NCBI RefSeq assembly: GCF_004010195.1 | Contig: NC_057749.1 | Coordinates: 23,976,510 to 24,040,509, forward strand | Direction: 5' to 3' | DNA length: 64,000 nucleotides | DNA from: Chiloscyllium plagiosum | Lineage: Eukaryota | Shown: positions 62,555 to 64,000 of the stretch, one piece after another | Layout: the number at the start of each line of letters is the position of its first letter | Position numbering within the stretch: the first letter of the stretch is position 1 | Notes under the pieces: generated by a model | Databases searched by the model: none | Seen by the model: the letters and a program-made list of their open reading frames with translations, nothing else | What the model was told of the DNA's origin: nothing | Position numbers and translations under genes: made by a program

Positions 62555-63045
62555 CTTGTTACAAGATGTGGGGTCACCCCTATAACAGGATGTGGGTGTC
62601 ACCCCTGTAACCGGATGTGGGTCTCATCCTTGTAACAGGATGTGGGTGTCACCCCTGTGACAGGATGTGGGTGTCAGTCCTGTAACAGGATGTGGGTGTC
62701 ACCCCTGTAACAGGATGTGGGTGTCAGTCCTGTAACAGGATGTGGGTCTCACCCCTGTAACATGATGTGCAGTCAGCCCTGTAACAGGATGTGGGTCTCA
62801 CCCCTGTAACAGGATCGGTCTCACCCCTGTAACAGGATGTGGGTCTCACCCCTGTAACAGGATGGGTCTCACCCCTGTAACAGGATGTGCAGTCAGCCCT
62901 GTAACAGGATGTGCAGTCAGCCCTGTAACAGGATGTGGGTCTCACCCCTGTAACAGGATCGGTCTCACCCCTGTAACAGGATCGGTCTCACCCCTGTAAC
63001 AGGATGTGGGGGTCACTCTTGTACAGAACATGGGTGTCACCCGTA
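62555..63045. repeat. 23-25-bp minisatellite (cacccctgtaacaggatgtgggtct), about 20 copies
   Basis: direct tandem repetition with length variants. Confidence 0.95.
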
Positions 63046-63394
63046 TGCCTTTGGAATGGATACACCAGAGTTGTCCTTTGATGAGTCTCTCCCACCAAGA
63101 GGAGCCCATTATGAGTAAAACCTTCTCCAACTTGAAACAATGGTTTCAGGTCGTGCCACCCTGCCCCTCAGCTGATGCCTTGACCCAATCATATTGTGAT
63201 AAATATGCCAACATCTTGTACTCAATGCATTTGACTGTTATTCATTAAGAACAATGTGCTCCATGAAGCATCTCTGGTTGCTCTATCCTTATTCTGTCTG
63301 TGTGTGTGTGTGTGTGTGTGCGCGTGTGCGCACGCGTGTATCTGTCTTTGCTCACCTGGTGCAGTGTTCACTCTTTCTGTTCCTTGGTTCTCAG

Positions 63395-63535
63395 GCTCTT
63401 GATGGTGACTTCTCCGAAGAGAATCGAGACAAGTGCAGGTTAGCCACTTCCCCTTTAATCGAGGCTGTGGAAAACCTGACGGCGTTTGCCTCCAACCCTG
63501 AGTTTGTCAGCATCCCGGCCCAGATTGGAGCTGAG
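63395..63535 (+). CDS. TLN2: talin-2 coding exon (R8 end), ALDGDFSEEN...PAQIGAE
   Basis: ctcag|GCT; GAG|gtaatt; gene continues beyond the window. Confidence 0.96.
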
Positions 63536-64000
63536 GTAATTCGTCTCAAGCGTGTGCTGGTGGGAAGGCAGGAAGTGCTGAGCCCAGGTTGTTCAGGTTC
63601 GTCATCCTCGTCGTCAGGTGATGATGTCACCCTTGACCAACTCCAGCGATCAGTCTTCATCCAAGAGTCTGCAACAGAGGCGCGGGAGAGCCCCCAGCGT
63701 TGGAAAGCTTGGGGGATAGTAGGCCCAAAGTCACCTGTCCCTCCTGGGCCTGCGATGCCCACATCCCGTGAAAGAATGAGAGAAAAAATAGCCTAGATCC
63801 TGGAGAAAGCCAGCACTTTACACCCGTCTTCTAGCTGCCCTTGAGCTGAGGTGGTTAATGGCTTCCTCAGCCATTTCAAAGAGCCTGGAGTTACTAGTGA
63901 AACATGTGGATTTTTAAAACTCCAGGAATGTTGTGACCACTGTTGTTGAGATGGGCTTTTTACTCCAGATTTACTTAATTAACCAAATTTAAATTCCCCA

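Noticed and set aside
2378..63535. Assignment as TLN1
   Set aside because: Diagnostic residues (DVLMSLAK, GAAANPEN, GNEHYTG, TANPVAKRHF) match recalled TLN2 rather than TLN1.
63536..63796. Open frame continuing past the last exon in the ORF track
   Set aside because: Good donor GAG|gtaatt at 63535 and no talin similarity beyond it; chance intronic read-through.
1..64000. miR-190, the known TLN2-intronic microRNA
   Set aside because: Mature sequence not seen; its host intron lies near the 3' end of TLN2, downstream of this window.

Overview
Vertebrate genomic DNA, most likely an elasmobranch (shark), judged from abundant HE1-type V-SINEs and CR1/HER1-like LINEs. The whole window lies inside a talin-2 (TLN2) gene on the + strand. 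Nineteen GT-AG exons (2378-63535) splice in phase into a 2775-nt, 925-codon stretch of the talin rod (about R2-R8). The introns hold SINEs, LINE fragments, one TA-flanked TIR element, several minisatellites, an antisense tRNA-Gly(TCC) copy and many Penelope-like (PLE) retroelement ends. Most notable: (1) at least three PLE families carry minimal hammerhead-ribozyme cores (CUGANGA-stem II-GAAA-NN-UH), including a retrozyme-like permuted tandem insertion at 43457-43927; (2) a ~3.7-kb minisatellite whose 34-bp unit is the exon/intron junction at 30626/30627 creates roughly 100 decoy 5' splice donors. Repeat-family names come from recalled consensus features, not database searches, and repeat boundaries are approximate. 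There are four N gaps.
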